Assembly: GCA_046496385.1 (NCBI GenBank)
Contig: JAWOHA010000089.1
Span: forward strand, 1 to 39,143
Origin: Cryobacterium sp.
Lineage (GTDB): Bacteria; Actinomycetota; Actinomycetes; Actinomycetales; Microbacteriaceae
Reading direction: 5' to 3'
DNA: 39,143 nucleotides
A program made the translations under genes and the position numbers. The notes beneath the pieces are model-generated. The model made no database searches, was not told the origin of the DNA, and saw only the letters and a list, made by a program, of their open reading frames with translations. This document shows positions 37,951 to 39,143 of the stretch, piece after piece. Every line of letters begins with the position of its first letter. The stretch's first letter is position 1.

Positions 37951-38889
37951 GTGAGCATTCGAACGGCCGAGTATCCCCGGCCGGACCATTTCCTGCTACA
38001 CCTCAGTGACACCCACCTGCTGGCAGGAGGCAAACGTCTCTACGGCAGCGTCGACGTGGAGGTGCACCTGGCGCAACTCTTCGCCGAGGTGGAGGCGTCC
38101 GGCGCCCGCCCCGAGGCGATCGTGTTCACCGGCGACCTGGCCGACAAGGGCGAACCGGGAGCCTACGCGCTGCTGCGCAGCCTGGTGGAACCGGTCGCGG
38201 CGCGGCTGGGCGCGGCGGTGATCTGGGTCATGGGCAACCACGACGACCGTGCCGCCTTCCGCACCGGCCTGCTCGAAGAGGCCCCCTCCGAGGCTCCCAT
38301 CGACCGGGTCTATGAGATCAACGGCCTGCGCGTGATCGTGCTGGACACCTCGGTGCCCGGCGCCCACTACGGCGCGGTCAGCGAGAACCAGCTGCTCTGG
38401 CTGGCCCAGACGCTCAGCGTGCCCGCGCCCGACGGCACCATCCTGGCCATGCACCACCCGCCGGTACCGAGCGTTCTGGACCTGGCCGTCGCGGTGGAAC
38501 TGCGCGACCAGGCACCGCTGGCACAGGTGCTGCAGGGCACGGATGTGCGCAGCATCATCGCCGGACACCTGCACTACTCCTCGGCCTCCACCTTCGCCGG
38601 GATCCCGGTGTCGGTCGCCTCGGCCACCTGTTACACGCAGGACCTCAACGTGCCCGTCGGCGGCACGCGCGGACGCGACGGCGCCCGCGCGTTCAACCTC
38701 GTGCACGTGTACCCCAGCACCGTGCTGCACTCCGTGGTGCCGTTGGGCACGTTTCCGACTCTGGACTACGTCGACGCCGCCGAGAGCCAGCGCCGCCTCG
38801 ACGAATCCGGAATCCAGGTCACACGGTCGGGTACTGTGCCTGCATTGCGAGAGCCGCCGCGAACCACGCCGATCCCGGTTCTGCACTAG
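37951..38889 (+). CDS. Metallophosphoesterase, CpdA/GpdQ-like phosphodiesterase
   Basis: LSDTHL, TGDLAD, MGNHD, MHHPP, AGHLH motifs. Confidence 0.92.
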   Translation: MSIRTAEYPRPDHFLLHLSDTHLLAGGKRLYGSVDVEVHLAQLFAEVEASGARPEAIVFTGDLADKGEPGAYALLRSLVEPVAARLGAAVIWVMGNHDDRAAFRTGLLEEAPSEAPIDRVYEINGLRVIVLDTSVPGAHYGAVSENQLLWLAQTLSVPAPDGTILAMHHPPVPSVLDLAVAVELRDQAPLAQVLQGTDVRSIIAGHLHYSSASTFAGIPVSVASATCYTQDLNVPVGGTRGRDGARAFNLVHVYPSTVLHSVVPLGTFPTLDYVDAAESQRRLDESGIQVTRSGTVPALREPPRTTPIPVLH

Positions 38890-39019
38890 AACCGGTGTGG
38901 CCGCGCTCCCACGGGGCCACGATGGGGAAGTACTGCTCGAGAAAATCGGTGACGGCGGCCTGGCGAACCTCGTCGGAGAGCTCCGGGTTGCTGCCGTCGT
39001 TCAGGCAGAACATGTCCTG
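38819..39019 (-). CDS. 3' end of a Stealth family (polysaccharide phosphotransferase) gene, cut by the fold-back
   Basis: [10 protein letters not shown]...[13 protein letters not shown] matches Stealth conserved region 4. Confidence 0.75.
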   Translation of the reverse strand, partial: QDMFCLNDGSNPELSDEVRQAAVTDFLEQYFPIVAPWERGHTGSSAEPGSAWFAAALAMQAQYPTV

Positions 39020-39020
39020 A

Positions 39021-39143
39021 TCGCGGCGGCTCTCGCAATGCAGGCACAGTACCCGACCGTGTGACCTGGATTCCGGATTCGTCGAGGCGGCGCTGGCTCT
39101 CGGCGGCGTCGACGTAGTCCAGAGTCGGAAACGTGCCCAACGG
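39021..39143. repeat. Perfect 123-bp inverted copy of 38740-38862 at the window end
   Basis: The reverse complement of 39021-39143 is identical to 38740-38862. Confidence 0.95.

Noticed and set aside
39021-39143. Transposon terminal inverted repeat or linear replicon telomere
   Set aside because: The repeat is a copy of phosphodiesterase coding sequence, with no transposase or target duplication; an artefact is more parsimonious.

Overview
High-GC actinobacterial DNA, probably Microbacteriaceae (inferred from gene styles and GGTCTCGA...TCGACCAGCGG REP-like elements). It is mostly metabolic. In order: an alanine module (alr, PucR-family regulator, ald); an N-terminally extended flavin monooxygenase divergent from a GAF regulator; a NERD protein back-to-back with a sensorless, H-box-mutated CitA-type kinase; rraA; acylphosphatase; a LacI-controlled galactoside locus (GH42, ABC, GH36); a Pr6Pr membrane protein; a Tat-exported lipoprotein flavin amine oxidase; an NPPF methyltransferase with a PqqD-like tail; a second LacI/ABC/glycogen-debranching-like locus; a type III PKS-methyltransferase-FAD monooxygenase operon; PAP2; a hypothetical protein; an MDR oxidoreductase; a CpdA/GpdQ-like phosphodiesterase; and the 3' tail of a Stealth gene. 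The strongest novelty candidate is the amine oxidase, which is circularly permuted and has altered active-site motifs. Also notable are the pseudo-kinase/NERD pair, clear candidate operators, many short tandem duplications, and a 123-bp perfect fold-back at the window end that looks like an assembly chimera. No rRNA, tRNA, CRISPR array or transposase was seen. All family assignments come from motif recognition by eye, not database searches.
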